DNA from: an uncultured Acidobacteriota bacterium | GTDB lineage: Bacteria; Acidobacteriota; Blastocatellia; RBC074 | NCBI GenBank assembly: GCA_963796275.1 | Contig: CAWCKY010000001.1 | Span: forward strand, 32,001-96,000 | Length of the DNA: 64,000 bases | Reading direction: 5' to 3' | Notes under the pieces: generated by a model | What the model saw: the letters and a program-made list of their open reading frames with translations, nothing else | The model's database searches: none | What the model was told of the DNA's origin: nothing | Part shown: positions 10,126 through 20,988 of the stretch, one piece after another | Numbering within the stretch: the stretch's first letter is position 1 | Layout: each line of letters begins with the position of its first letter | Translations under genes and position numbers: made by a program

Positions 10126-10689
10126 TCACCAGCCCGGGGTGAAAGAGGGAAGGAGGATAGCGGCTGGGATCGAGCCGCCGCCGCAAGCCTTCTTGAGCCT
10201 TTCCATCATTTGTGACTCCTGGGTGGGATCGAGCTTTCCGGCCCATAACTCCTCCAGCTTATGCTTCCCGTCCAGCAGCAACAGAGTCGGCGTACCCCTC
10301 ACTCCCAGCTTCGACACATCCATCGAGATCACCTCGTCCACCCCGATCCTCTGTTCTTTGAGGTAGCTTTCGGCCTCCTCCTTGCTCTGGGGCAGGACCG
10401 CCACCAGCCGCAGCCCTTGCGGGGAGGAATTCTTGAAGGCCGTCAGCTTTTGATAGAACCCGACGCTCTCCTGGCAGAAATGGCAGTTCTTCGAGAGCAC
10501 CAGGACCAGCGTAGGTTGTGGGCTGGTGGGGGCCGCGCCGGGCAGCTTGACCACGGCCCCTTTCGCGATCTCAGGCGCGAGTCTCGGATTGGGTCTTGAG
10601 CTGAGGTAGTAATTCCAGGCCAGGTTCCCGACCAGGACGGTACAGGCCACGATGATGGCTACATTTGTCGCTTTTTCCAGTCGAGTCAT
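10126..10689 (-). CDS. Membrane-anchored thioredoxin-fold (AhpC/TSA-like) protein
   Basis: N-terminal TM segment, CHFC CxxC motif, GTPTLLL cis-Pro motif. Confidence 0.8.
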   Translation of the reverse strand: MTRLEKATNVAIIVACTVLVGNLAWNYYLSSRPNPRLAPEIAKGAVVKLPGAAPTSPQPTLVLVLSKNCHFCQESVGFYQKLTAFKNSSPQGLRLVAVLPQSKEEAESYLKEQRIGVDEVISMDVSKLGVRGTPTLLLLDGKHKLEELWAGKLDPTQESQMMERLKKACGGGSIPAAILLPSFTPGW

Positions 10690-10859
10690 ATCAGGTTCCT
10701 CCTTGTCGTAGTCTTAGGCTTTGTTACAACAAACAGAAAAGCAGTCGCCCCGAATGCCTTGCGGATGTGTTGTGGATGCGTTGTCGCGGTAACTTCAGAG
10801 TGCCAACAATAAGTAAGCCGAGTACCGTTTTAAATCTTTAAATCAAGCCTGGGAATGTA

Positions 10860-11400
10860 CTCCCTACTTACTCCGTTTCGGCGGAAGGGAAGATTCAGGA
10901 TGTGCGCCTTCGATACCGAACTGGCCTGGTTCTTCTCGTAATGTTTGCGCAGCCGCAGCAGCGGATCGTTGTGATGATCCTGCGTCGGGCGCCCCGGGAA
11001 GACGTCGGTCTTCCCCTGTAAGATTTCGTTCGGGTCCTTGCCCGCGACCAGATCAAGGAAATGGCTATAGCGGTAGAGGTGATCGAAATCTTCCAGGAGG
11101 CCGAAGTCAAAAACATCCTTGACGTATTTATCCGGCTCATGTCGCGCCAGATAGGCCGTCAGATCGATCGCCACTTTGCTCATAAGCGATGGTCGGCTCC
11201 AGCACGATCTGATCCGCGTGTTGAGCCAGTTGATGGTCGTCTGCTGCTGGTCCTCGACTCGCCGCATGTAAGCCAGTTGGCCTTTCAAATCCATATCGGC
11301 GAGGTTGCGCGCGGCAGCGCGTATAAGCGTCCACATCGCGATCGCTTCGGGGAGATCGTTTACGCCAGCCATGTCCGACAGCATGAATTACGATGCTGGA
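10860..11400 (-). pseudogene. Internal fragment of a ferritin-like protein
   Basis: RRVEDQQQ and DFGLLEDFDHLYRY (ExxH-type helices); both ends appear truncated. Confidence 0.55.
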
Positions 11401-11451
11401 ACAATCATTGCGCCGCCGCGTACTGTGGTGGGGGTGACTTTCTACCACCTC

Positions 11452-11751
11452 TCACGGTTGGGCTTTGCACGGGCCCGTGTTTGAAATCTGCCGCGTTAGC
11501 GTCACTGATCCGTCCTCGCATATGTAGGTGCATAGCCGTTCGCAACAAACCGCCGGATTCCGTTGGTTGGTACACGCCTCCTGTAGCGTGCATCCTTGCG
11601 CGGCAGGTTCGCACGGCGGGGCGTTATGGGGGTTTCCCACAAAGTTAGTTGTCGGCAATGTTACCTCGCGGCCCGTAACTCCGCCATATGGCGTGATTGA
11701 TGCCGTTATGACGAGAAGTAGCAATACTATTGTTAGTCTATACTTTTTCAT
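11452..11751 (-). CDS. Small secreted cysteine-rich protein
   Basis: GGAGG RBS, MKK + hydrophobic signal peptide, 8 Cys in the mature part. Confidence 0.7.
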   Translation of the reverse strand: MKKYRLTIVLLLLVITASITPYGGVTGREVTLPTTNFVGNPHNAPPCEPAAQGCTLQEACTNQRNPAVCCERLCTYICEDGSVTLTRQISNTGPCKAQP

Positions 11752-11768
11752 TTCAGTCCTCCGTGACT

Positions 11769-12497
11769 TTATATTAACGAAGAATAAATGGCCCTTAATT
11801 GACCAAATAGTCTCATAGTTTTCCTCACCTCGTAATACACACCAAACTCAAAAAAGCTTCGCTCCGTTGAAAGTTTTTTTCTCAACCCTGTCAATTCCCC
11901 CCGCAGCCTCCGCTTCGCGCGCACCAACAGCGACCCGACGGCCTTGACCGAAAGGCCCAGTTCCGCCGCCGTTTCGGCGTAACTGCACTCTTCCTCATAG
12001 CACAGGGTCAAAGCCAATCGCTGATTGGGCGGCAGTTTGGCCATGGCTGCGGCCATGACAGTTCGCTGCTCTTCGTGCGCAAGCTCTCCCTCCAGATCGT
12101 CAATTGCGCGCGCATCTTTTAACAGTTCGATGAACGTACGATTCCTGTTTCTCCTGACAGCATTGCGGCAGAGATTGGTGAGAATCGAGAAGAACCAGGT
12201 TTTAAAAGAGGCGGTCTCAGGATTGTACAGGTAAGCGCGCCGGTGGACTTGCAGGAAAGCTTCTTGGACCAGGTCTTCGGCCTCAGCATGTTGCCCGATA
12301 CATCGCTGCGCCACTCGCAACGCCTGCTTCTGGTAGAGATCGACCAGCGTTTCGAAAGCCCTTGCGTCGCCATGGCTCACGCGCAGAATCAGGCCTTTAT
12401 CAGTGACCGTCGTGGCGTTGGCCTCACTCTCTATATTGTGTTTACGGGGCACACACACTCCTAAATCCCGCTCGCCAATCCCGTCCCGTGATAACAC
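11769..12497 (-). CDS. ECF sigma-70 factor
   Basis: AEDLVQEAFL, FKTWFFSILTNLCRN, SYAETAAELGLSVKAVGSLLVRAK; true start and end uncertain. Confidence 0.88.
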   Translation of the reverse strand: MLSRDGIGERDLGVCVPRKHNIESEANATTVTDKGLILRVSHGDARAFETLVDLYQKQALRVAQRCIGQHAEAEDLVQEAFLQVHRRAYLYNPETASFKTWFFSILTNLCRNAVRRNRNRTFIELLKDARAIDDLEGELAHEEQRTVMAAAMAKLPPNQRLALTLCYEEECSYAETAAELGLSVKAVGSLLVRAKRRLRGELTGLRKKLSTERSFFEFGVYYEVRKTMRLFGQLRAIYSSLI

Positions 12498-13051
12498 TTA
12501 CCCCGCGCCTTTATAGGTCGCCGCGAGAGAAAGTCGTAATAATAACTGCTTTGATTTAGTAATCGGCTGCATGAAGACTGATATGATCTATTGGCATGGC
12601 TGTCCGACTATATGATTCACGAGTTCCACATGGCGTATGGTTTTCGGAATAAATTCTCGTGGCTATCCTACCTTTAGCCATAACTCGGTTATGTTGCAAT
12701 AAAATTCTCTGTCTTACGTCTCTGTATAAGAGGTGTGTTTCTATGAATGTGCTAGATGATCTGAGGCTTTGAGATTGAGCCTTGGCAACTTCAATAAGTG
12801 ATTACGGGAAGCCCTGCCTCTGATGTCCGGCAAGGTTATAAATGGCTTGCGCCGTCGCCATCGCATGCCAAGTAGACCCCCATGGTAACGATGTTAACTT
12901 ATGCCATATAGTGCATAATCGCCCTTATCCCCTGCATATGGGCGAATTGCCGTTAGGACTTTTATTGGCGGGCCTTTTTCGTTAGTCTGCTTTACCCTAT
13001 CAAGTACTATGTGCACATATGGGCTCGGGCGACTCATTGCATGGGCCGGCC

Positions 13052-13281
13052 CACCGGGAGGAATTCCAAGAGTTCGTGATCTCCCAATCCGACAAAGCCT
13101 ATCGACCGATCCTGCACCGCCTCTATGTTATGTGGGAGAAGTACGCTAAGTATCTATTGGCTGAAGAGTCGATGATCCCGCCCTACATAATGCTGGCGTC
13201 TCCTTCCCTCCACAGCATTTCGGAGATTATTCTCCAATGAGCGGCTTCGGCGGACATTCGCAGATTCGTCTCCGTCCGACG
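13052..13281 (+). pseudogene. Degenerate 5' fragment of the SprT-like gene at 27461
   Basis: HREEFQEFVISQSDKAYRPIL is nearly identical to the 27461 gene; frameshifted. Confidence 0.85.
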
Positions 13282-13383
13282 CGGTGGTAGCGGCGATCAG
13301 GACCTTGCCGTCGCGACAGCTGGCGCAGCTGCATTTTAATGATGTCACAATGGCCGGACACTGACCGACGATGAGGTGTAAGG

Positions 13384-13550
13384 ATGACTTGGAATCGAAA
13401 TCGACTGACTGAAAAACTCGGCATCCACTACCCGATCATTCAGGGGCCGCTCGGTGGATTGTCGTCGCAGAGATTGACGGCGGCAGTATCCAACTTTGGC
13501 GGATTGGGATATTTCGGAGCGCTTAGTCTGTCACCGGAAGAAATTAAGAA
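13384..13550 (+). pseudogene. Nitronate monooxygenase N-terminal fragment
   Basis: LGIHYPIIQGPLGG..LTAAVSNFGGLG; truncated after ~55 aa. Confidence 0.8.
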
Positions 13551-13635
13551 GGAACCGACAATGTTCGTTAAATCAGATCAGAAGACTTCCTCCACCGCCA
13601 AGGACACGCACATATATCCACCGTATGTTTAACGG

Positions 13636-14601
13636 CTAACCCAGATCAGATAATGCCTGTTTTGCTCGATTATTGGCTGGATCATTATTGATTACACGTT
13701 TCAAAAGAGCTTTGGCTTTTACCTGTTGACCAGTTTCCTTAAGGAAGACACCAAACCGCAAGCTCAATTCTATATCATCGGGGTCGAGCTCAAAGCCTTG
13801 CTGGTATAGATCCTCAGCCTCTTTAGCTCTTTCTTGATATTCAAGAAAGAGCGCATAACACCAGTAACCAAGACTGTCATCTGGCCAAATTTCAAGTACT
13901 TTTTTGAAAGCCATTTCTGCTGATGATATATCCCCAATAGTCCATAAAGTATTGCCAAGATACACATAACTCCATCCATCTAAGTTATATAATTCAATAG
14001 CTTTATTTAAATGGTAGAGAGCTTCCGGAAGTTGTATTTGTCGGCGTAAGCACCATCCCAACTCACGATGTGCAACAGAGTAATCAGGGTCTAGCTCAAT
14101 TGCTTTCTCAAGCAGATTAATCGCCTCAGTAAGCTGTTCATTTCTACAAGTCAAGGCCAAATTGTAATATGCTTCCTCGTAATTAGGGTCCACACTCAAT
14201 GCTCTATTGAAATCATCTCTAGCGAGGTTTAAATCTCCTTGTCGTAAATGTGCCACACCTCTCAGAGTGAGGATTCTAGCACTCTCCTCAATTTTCAAAG
14301 CCTGGCTTAAATACTCTTTTGCAAGATCAAGTAGCTCACGTTCAAGATAAAACACTCCCAAACATTCATAAGGCATCCCCATTTGAGGCGCCGACTTAAT
14401 AGCCGACAGAAACAGCTGTTCTGCCTGTGAGTCATAACCCTCTTCAGCCGCAGTATGACCAAATTGACACAAAAACTCAGTGCTAGGATCTCGTCTCACT
14501 ATTTCGCGCCAGTGGTCAAGAGCACTACCTATGTTGCCAGATACTACTAGTTGCTCGGCTCTGGCCAGTAACTCATCAGTGGTGAAATGTTCATAGTTCA
14601 T
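13636..14601 (-). CDS. TPR-repeat protein, candidate immunity protein of the RHS toxin
   Basis: Serial TPR motifs (AYYNLA, AIELDPDY); its start overlaps the RHS stop (ATGA); AT-rich. Confidence 0.85.
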   Translation of the reverse strand: MNYEHFTTDELLARAEQLVVSGNIGSALDHWREIVRRDPSTEFLCQFGHTAAEEGYDSQAEQLFLSAIKSAPQMGMPYECLGVFYLERELLDLAKEYLSQALKIEESARILTLRGVAHLRQGDLNLARDDFNRALSVDPNYEEAYYNLALTCRNEQLTEAINLLEKAIELDPDYSVAHRELGWCLRRQIQLPEALYHLNKAIELYNLDGWSYVYLGNTLWTIGDISSAEMAFKKVLEIWPDDSLGYWCYALFLEYQERAKEAEDLYQQGFELDPDDIELSLRFGVFLKETGQQVKAKALLKRVINNDPANNRAKQALSDLG

Positions 14602-17600
14602 TGGTCGTCATCGGTATCCTTTTTAGATTTTATCTTCTTTAACTGTGTTTTTACATCTTGCTTACTCTTCTCGATTGAGTCAACCGGTCTGTTCCTTTTC
14701 CCTTCGCGATGAGCCTTTTGTGCATGTGAAACACCCTCTAACTGATCTAAGGCTCCTTCTAAGGTTCTTTCTTTCTTCGGTTTTGGCTGATTCGGCTGAT
14801 TACCGCCTTCTTTTGGCTGGGTGTTCTGTTGACCACTTTGGTCACCGCTTTGCTCGATATTGCTTCCTGCTTCATTAGGTTGATTAGTACCCTTATTAAA
14901 GATATTAATCTTTCTTATGTTTTCACCAGCATGATACTCTGGAGAGTAGCTTTTATTATTTTGTAGAACCCAACTTCCCCATTCAGCAACCTTATCTAGC
15001 GCTCCGCTGGCTGCCGCTCCTGCCGCTACCGATCCTGCTATAACGTAAGGAGTTGCTCGTCGAATTGCTTCTTGAGCTGCTGGATTATTAAGCACCCCTT
15101 GAACGATACATTGTGGACAATGCCCGTCCGGATCAGTATATCTCAAGGGGTTGTTGTAGGTATATTGATATTTATTGAGCGATTGGGGATTCGTTAAATC
15201 AGCATAGAAAGTCGGATTGGCTGCCGCATCACTCGCAAAAAAGTACAATTCATCCGGTCCGCCCGTAAATTCATCCGGCGAAGTAAACCTGCCCTGAACA
15301 CTTGAGAAATATCGTGCTTCAAAGAAATCCAGATCCGTCTCATCATCCCTCTTCTTACCGGTGAATTTATGACTCACCGAATTTTCGCTATAACCATTGC
15401 TTGTGCTCCTAATTCCGACGTCATTTCCGATCTGTTCACCGAAGGGTAAAAAGTCTTGTTTTAGTACTCCCCCCAAACTCCCTGATCGATCAACTAACAT
15501 CCTGGTAGAACCAAGATGGTCTAGCACTAGCCATTGTAACTTGCGGTCATCCGTCTCGCTCCCATCCCACTCTACCAGCAACTGCCCATTCCGATATCCA
15601 TACTCCTTCAATGGACTCCCAACAGCGCTATTGGCGTTATACTCCGCCACCAATTCGCCACCGACGCCATAGACATACCAGGTCTCCTGCCCTCCTGCAA
15701 ACCGCCTCGTTCGCTTCCTTCCGGCATCGTAGGCATACTGGCCCACCACCACTCCTCCATTTTTCGCCTCCACTATCCGGTTCTCCTGGTCATAGTCGAA
15801 AGCTTGGAGTGTCGCTTTAGTATAGCTGTCCGTAACAAGGTTTCCTGACGCGTCATATTCCATCGTTCCGCTTCCAGCCGGCGGCTGCAAGCGGTTGGTG
15901 GCGGTCTGCACCACATAAGCCTTTTTATTGACTGGGCCGGTAGTGTTAGCCTGGTCGATTGTGCGATTGCTCCATTGATCGTATAAAAACGCTTGCCGAA
16001 AGACGTCTTGGTAAATCTCATCGCCTGACGGCCCCTTCCTGAATGACCGCTCGTAGACGCTCTTAACACGATTGAGTGAATCGTATGTGTACTGGTCGAT
16101 CGACATCACGAAGTTGGTCGGCGCTTCGGTCTCGTCGACCTGGATGTGGAAGTCCATCCTCAGCAGATTACCGTTGTTGTCCGTCCCGCCGTTCCCATAT
16201 ACTTCGCCTCCATCTAATGTGGCGTAATAGAGCCGCAAGGCCCCACGGTTCCACGACCCGGTGGCGTATTGCCAGTCTTGCAGATCATCGCTGTCGTAGA
16301 GTGAATTCGGATCGGTTCCCAGCCTGATGTCGAACATCTGTAGCCGGTTGTTGTAATGGCGGCGCAGATAGAGCGGGATGGTCGTGCCGAACTGCTCCCG
16401 CTTAATCAAGCCTGCAGCGTCATATTGCATCCCGGTGGCGTAATTCCGATTGACCCCATCTCCCAGGTTGCCGCTGAAGCCCGAGAGCCGGCCTGACTGA
16501 TGGTAGTTGTAACTAACCGTATGACCCGATGGATAGGTCAGAGTCTTGACGTTACCGGGTATATCGTAAGTCTGCGATGTGGTAAAGAAGGCGCTCCAGA
16601 CACCATTCTTCTTGAATTGACGTTTGAGAACCGTAGGACGGCCAAGTATATCGTAACTGTCAATGACGGTGTAATCGGTGTCAGTTCCGGCCGTTGCATC
16701 ACCTTTGGAATATTCTTTCCAGATTCTGCCTTTGCCATAGCTTCCTGCGTTGGGATTATCGTAGCTGCGCTTGATGTCGGGGTTGAGAGTCGTGTCTGAG
16801 TAATCGACCGTTATGTTGCGATTGAGCACATCGTATTCGTACTTGGTAGTGATGTTGCGAGCGTCTTTCTTTTCTTTGAGATTTCCGTTTTCGTCGTACT
16901 TATAGGTGACCGTTCCGCTCTCCGGATTGATCGCCGAAGTTAAGCGCGACCGGGAATCGTAGGCAAAATTTCTCTCCTGCGTTCCTTGCTTCACCTTGAG
17001 CAGATTATTCAGTGCGTCATACTCGTAAGTCGTCACATGTCCCGCCCCACCTGGGTCTTCGATCACTTCGATCATTCTGCCCTGGGCATCGGTCTTGCTC
17101 TGGCGCTTCTTTCCTCCCTGGTCGGTGACTGTGACCTCATTACCGTCATATTGGGTATTGACCTGTGAGCCATCGGGAGTGGTTACTCTTGTCACTCTGC
17201 TCAGCGCATCGTAATCGGTCGTCGTCCATTCTGCCTCGGTTGGCGGATTGAAATAAAGTTGCTCTGTCCGGCGGAATGGATTCGACACTTTGTGCACTCT
17301 ACCCAATGCATCGTACTGGGTATAGACAATTGAGAATGTGCTGGTCTCATTTTCCCAAGAGGATGAACGATACATCCGCCCTAACCCATCATGAAAGGAC
17401 TGTTTCCACAACTGCCCGTCACTTAAGCCGTTCAAATCGTTGTATATATCAATGCGATTGAATTCGTCATAATACACAAGTGTCGTCACGCTTTTTGTGG
17501 AAGACGTGAAGCCGTGGTTGATGACCTGTGTCAAGCGGTCAAGCGGGTCACCATAACCCCAACTGACATCCAGGCCGTTCGGATCCGCCCGATCGACCGG

Positions 17601-19964
17601 CTTGCCCAGATAATAATCATACTTGGTGTGCGTTTCGTGTCCGAGCGCGTTGGTCACTTTGGTTGGGAATGCGTAGCTTTTCTGCTGACCTAGCTCGGTT
17701 GGCGGAATATTTGTATGTGCCCCGCCAGTGGGGGAACCGAATAGATCGCTGTAATCAAATGTGGTGATCCCCGCAGGTGTCCGCCCGTCGATCGTCTTCA
17801 CTACATTGCCTGCAGTATCATATTGAGAATAGGTTGAGATTTCAGTGGAAGGCAAGAGCCAGCGGCTAACCTTTGTTACATTACCGCGGATGGGATAAGC
17901 AGAAGTGTAGCCTGGGTACATTGCGCTAATGCCAGGAAGATCAACAAGCGGCGCATGGTTTGCGCCCGTGTATTTGTCGTATTCGTAGGTCGTGCGCGCC
18001 ACCTCGGTGCCGCTCTCATTAAACGTCTGCTGCTGCGTAGGCAAATTTCGCATGTGAACGTTGAGATTAGTCGCGTAATTGACGTCGCCCAGGTCCGGAT
18101 TGTTCGTAAGATAGTCTGTATGAGTGTGTCGCAATAATGGCCCAGGATCTTCTTCTGAGCCGAAGTCGTACTCATAAACGTCAGTTACATTATTGTACAG
18201 ATCGTAATTAAAAGTTTGCTTCGCGACCTTGTCCACGTCCATGAGCGTGATCGTCGTTTCTGTGATGCGTGGTCCGCTCGGCATATATGCGTCAACCCAG
18301 GTATTCTGAATCCGTCTCAATACTGCTGAGTTATCGGGATTGATCGTGTCAGTTTGGTACTCTTTGCCCTCGTTCCAGTATGAATCATATAGTGGGATTT
18401 GTGTAAGTAATTGGGCGATCGGGTTGTGATGAAAAAAATGCTGGCTTTTAGACAGCGCTTGTCCAGAGGTGCCTCCTTCATGCATTGTCACTACAATACT
18501 AGAGGTTTGAGGAATACCACCACTCGGAATATGCCCCCGAAAAGGGTCATTGCCGTAAGCAACCTTGGAATATGTAGTCGTATTCGCGAGTGTAGCTCCA
18601 TCGGGATAAACCCGACGCTGAACCAATCTGCGATGAATCTCAATCTGGGGAGGTAAGTAATTAAATCCTGAGCGAAACATCCGATAACTTCCTACCACGC
18701 CACTCGTTGTACCGTTCAGCTCACCACCTTCATAATCGTATTCAATCGCCCCACCCGTTGGGAGAGTAACACGCGCCAGCTCTCTGTATGGATTATATCG
18801 GAATTGGTAGCTGCGCCCATTCGGTAGCTGCACAGAGCTAACTAAATCCTCCGGGAAAGCGGATGGAGGAGGTATAGAATCCATTTCCGGGAACAATTGG
18901 CTTGGAGATAGAAGCGAATATCCACTACGCAGCACGCTGCCAAGATTAGCGTAGAATATCTTGATAGTTCGGGAAGTCCCCCCAAAGCCTTTAAATCTAA
19001 TCTGATTCAATCGCCAATAAGGGTATACGCTGTTGCTGCTGAAATCGAAAAAGACTTCACGATTGAGCGAGTCCGCAATCTTGTAGGGCGGAGTAAAAGG
19101 ACCGGTATAGTAGAAGTTGATCATGTTGCCGTTGGGATCGCGTATCCACTGCGGACTCCCCAGGTAGATGCGGTAGCAAGTTCCGTCACGCAGAAACAGA
19201 TATCCAGATGGACGGAAATTATCAGCAAGGGGGGTTGGACCGTCAATTGGTCCAAGAACATCTGAAATACCTATGTCAGAGATAAAAGTTGCTGCGGTTC
19301 CATCCTTTGTGCTGAAGACATTTCCACGATTGCCAGTTTCGCCAGTAAAGCAAGTGTACGTGATGGGCGAGCCACCCCTCAGCTGATCACGCATCTCGTA
19401 CTGAGTGCCGTCCGGAGCGATAAAAGTGATTGTGGTTCTTGTCTGCCTATAATAGATGGTTTGATTATCTGGATCACCACACTCTGTAGTGTCAACCCCC
19501 ATATGCTTCCCAATCATTAGGCCGCCGGGGGCAGGCGGTGGAATAGGTTCAGCATTCTCACGCACCCATCTGGGGGCAGCTTGGTAATAAAAAGATGTAA
19601 GTCCGTTAACATCTGGACCGGTTTTATTGCGAAGTACCATCCAGCCTGGGCCATCAATCTCGAGTGGGATTGTCAACCGCCTGCTTCCTCGACCACCTAT
19701 TTCTAGTAGTGGTATGCTGACACTCAACCGCCCACTGTAAATATCGATACTTTCCAGGTCGCTCAGCGAGTACGCCCCAGCAGGACTACCAGGTTCCATA
19801 GCTCGTGGCGAATTAAAATCTACCGTTGAGGTGGTTTGAGCGCCAACCGTCCCAGCCAAAGACATAACCAACAACAGCATTTGGAATAACGATATAGTGC
19901 TGACAATATTGAAGCATGGGCCAGTGAATGGACGGAGAATGGCACGTACGCAGGGAGAGAACAT
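14598..19964 (-). CDS. RHS/YD-repeat polymorphic toxin with a signal-like N-terminus
   Basis: YD repeats; core motif FTGKKRDDETDLDFFEARYF..QGRFTSPD; NPLRYTDPDG cleavage motif; ~165-aa variable C-terminus. Confidence 0.95.
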   Translation of the reverse strand: MFSPCVRAILRPFTGPCFNIVSTISLFQMLLLVMSLAGTVGAQTTSTVDFNSPRAMEPGSPAGAYSLSDLESIDIYSGRLSVSIPLLEIGGRGSRRLTIPLEIDGPGWMVLRNKTGPDVNGLTSFYYQAAPRWVRENAEPIPPPAPGGLMIGKHMGVDTTECGDPDNQTIYYRQTRTTITFIAPDGTQYEMRDQLRGGSPITYTCFTGETGNRGNVFSTKDGTAATFISDIGISDVLGPIDGPTPLADNFRPSGYLFLRDGTCYRIYLGSPQWIRDPNGNMINFYYTGPFTPPYKIADSLNREVFFDFSSNSVYPYWRLNQIRFKGFGGTSRTIKIFYANLGSVLRSGYSLLSPSQLFPEMDSIPPPSAFPEDLVSSVQLPNGRSYQFRYNPYRELARVTLPTGGAIEYDYEGGELNGTTSGVVGSYRMFRSGFNYLPPQIEIHRRLVQRRVYPDGATLANTTTYSKVAYGNDPFRGHIPSGGIPQTSSIVVTMHEGGTSGQALSKSQHFFHHNPIAQLLTQIPLYDSYWNEGKEYQTDTINPDNSAVLRRIQNTWVDAYMPSGPRITETTITLMDVDKVAKQTFNYDLYNNVTDVYEYDFGSEEDPGPLLRHTHTDYLTNNPDLGDVNYATNLNVHMRNLPTQQQTFNESGTEVARTTYEYDKYTGANHAPLVDLPGISAMYPGYTSAYPIRGNVTKVSRWLLPSTEISTYSQYDTAGNVVKTIDGRTPAGITTFDYSDLFGSPTGGAHTNIPPTELGQQKSYAFPTKVTNALGHETHTKYDYYLGKPVDRADPNGLDVSWGYGDPLDRLTQVINHGFTSSTKSVTTLVYYDEFNRIDIYNDLNGLSDGQLWKQSFHDGLGRMYRSSSWENETSTFSIVYTQYDALGRVHKVSNPFRRTEQLYFNPPTEAEWTTTDYDALSRVTRVTTPDGSQVNTQYDGNEVTVTDQGGKKRQSKTDAQGRMIEVIEDPGGAGHVTTYEYDALNNLLKVKQGTQERNFAYDSRSRLTSAINPESGTVTYKYDENGNLKEKKDARNITTKYEYDVLNRNITVDYSDTTLNPDIKRSYDNPNAGSYGKGRIWKEYSKGDATAGTDTDYTVIDSYDILGRPTVLKRQFKKNGVWSAFFTTSQTYDIPGNVKTLTYPSGHTVSYNYHQSGRLSGFSGNLGDGVNRNYATGMQYDAAGLIKREQFGTTIPLYLRRHYNNRLQMFDIRLGTDPNSLYDSDDLQDWQYATGSWNRGALRLYYATLDGGEVYGNGGTDNNGNLLRMDFHIQVDETEAPTNFVMSIDQYTYDSLNRVKSVYERSFRKGPSGDEIYQDVFRQAFLYDQWSNRTIDQANTTGPVNKKAYVVQTATNRLQPPAGSGTMEYDASGNLVTDSYTKATLQAFDYDQENRIVEAKNGGVVVGQYAYDAGRKRTRRFAGGQETWYVYGVGGELVAEYNANSAVGSPLKEYGYRNGQLLVEWDGSETDDRKLQWLVLDHLGSTRMLVDRSGSLGGVLKQDFLPFGEQIGNDVGIRSTSNGYSENSVSHKFTGKKRDDETDLDFFEARYFSSVQGRFTSPDEFTGGPDELYFFASDAAANPTFYADLTNPQSLNKYQYTYNNPLRYTDPDGHCPQCIVQGVLNNPAAQEAIRRATPYVIAGSVAAGAAASGALDKVAEWGSWVLQNNKSYSPEYHAGENIRKINIFNKGTNQPNEAGSNIEQSGDQSGQQNTQPKEGGNQPNQPKPKKERTLEGALDQLEGVSHAQKAHREGKRNRPVDSIEKSKQDVKTQLKKIKSKKDTDDDQ

Positions 19965-20241
19965 ACGAATAGCTCCTTCGATGATGCCAAGATGCAGTCC
20001 AAGTGAGGATGCTACAACTATTCAATACCTACTCGACTGATGATGGCCGGATTGTCGTGAGATAGAACACGATCGCGCGCGAAATTCTCAGGCCAATTGC
20101 TTCCCCAGCTCTCAACCGGTCTGAGCGCTCTCCAGCCTGAAAGAGCAAAGAGCACTTTGCTTCTTCAGACTGGTTTTCTGATCTTTCATGTATATAGAGA
20201 CAGTTCGCCGGCAAATTTACCTTTGCCCGAAAATTATATTT

Positions 20242-20988
20242 TCAATGGCTCTGGAAGCTCCCCATTATCCTTGTAAGTTTGAGAACAAGCGTTTGTTTGC
20301 ATTTGTAGATGATCTTGATCTCGGTCCTGAAGGTGGCTGCTATCTCTTTAGCATCCAGCTCATATACAAACCAGAGTTGGTAAAGCATCCGCTCTTGCAG
20401 GTTCAACTTACTGAGTGTGTTGAACAGCAGTTTTCGCCTTTCTGCGGTTTCAATACCTTGATCTTGCGGCGGTGAATAGGTCAATGATCCCTGGTCTAAT
20501 TCATCTAGGGATTCGAGCTGTTTCTGCCGGCAGAGATATTTGTAAATGTAGTGATTTACGACTGTTTGGAGCCAGGTCTTGAATGAAGATTGACCGCTGA
20601 ACGAACGGAACCGGCGGCAGTTATCCTCGATCAGCATAAGGATAACTTGTTGTGAGAGATCGTCGAGTTCATCATGGCAAATGCGGCCTTGAAAGCGTAG
20701 ATAGGCCCAGCGTACAGCGTCATTAACATTAGGCAGAAGGATTGCTACAAGCTGCTCCAGGTCAATGGGAGCAGTCGGATTGAGGGTTGTCAAAGACACC
20801 GATCCCTCAAGTTCTATTTGAGGTTTGATCAATAAACTGCGGCTACATTTTGAACAGGAGAGAAGAGATTGGTCAGGATGTGATTCCGCTGATATGCCCT
20901 TTAACCTCTTTACATATGGATGTGCGAAACCATCGATCTGGCCGCAGGAATGACAATAATTGTGCATGGGGAGTGCTCCTTGGCTCAA
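20242..20988 (-). CDS. ECF-like sigma-70 factor with an N-terminal CxxC..CxxC extension
   Basis: LDDLSQQVILML, SSFKTWLQTVV, AKEIAATF..IYKCK; CHSC and CSKC in the N-terminus. Confidence 0.8.
   Translation of the reverse strand: MSQGALPMHNYCHSCGQIDGFAHPYVKRLKGISAESHPDQSLLSCSKCSRSLLIKPQIELEGSVSLTTLNPTAPIDLEQLVAILLPNVNDAVRWAYLRFQGRICHDELDDLSQQVILMLIEDNCRRFRSFSGQSSFKTWLQTVVNHYIYKYLCRQKQLESLDELDQGSLTYSPPQDQGIETAERRKLLFNTLSKLNLQERMLYQLWFVYELDAKEIAATFRTEIKIIYKCKQTLVLKLTRIMGSFQSH

Noticed and set aside
12674-12938. Two further dif-like candidates (TTTAGCCATAA-CTCGG-TTATGTTGCAA; minus strand GCAGGGGATAA-GGGCGA-TTATGCACTAT)
   Set aside because: One has a 5-bp spacer, the other has poor arms, and neither has the accessory box; too weak to call
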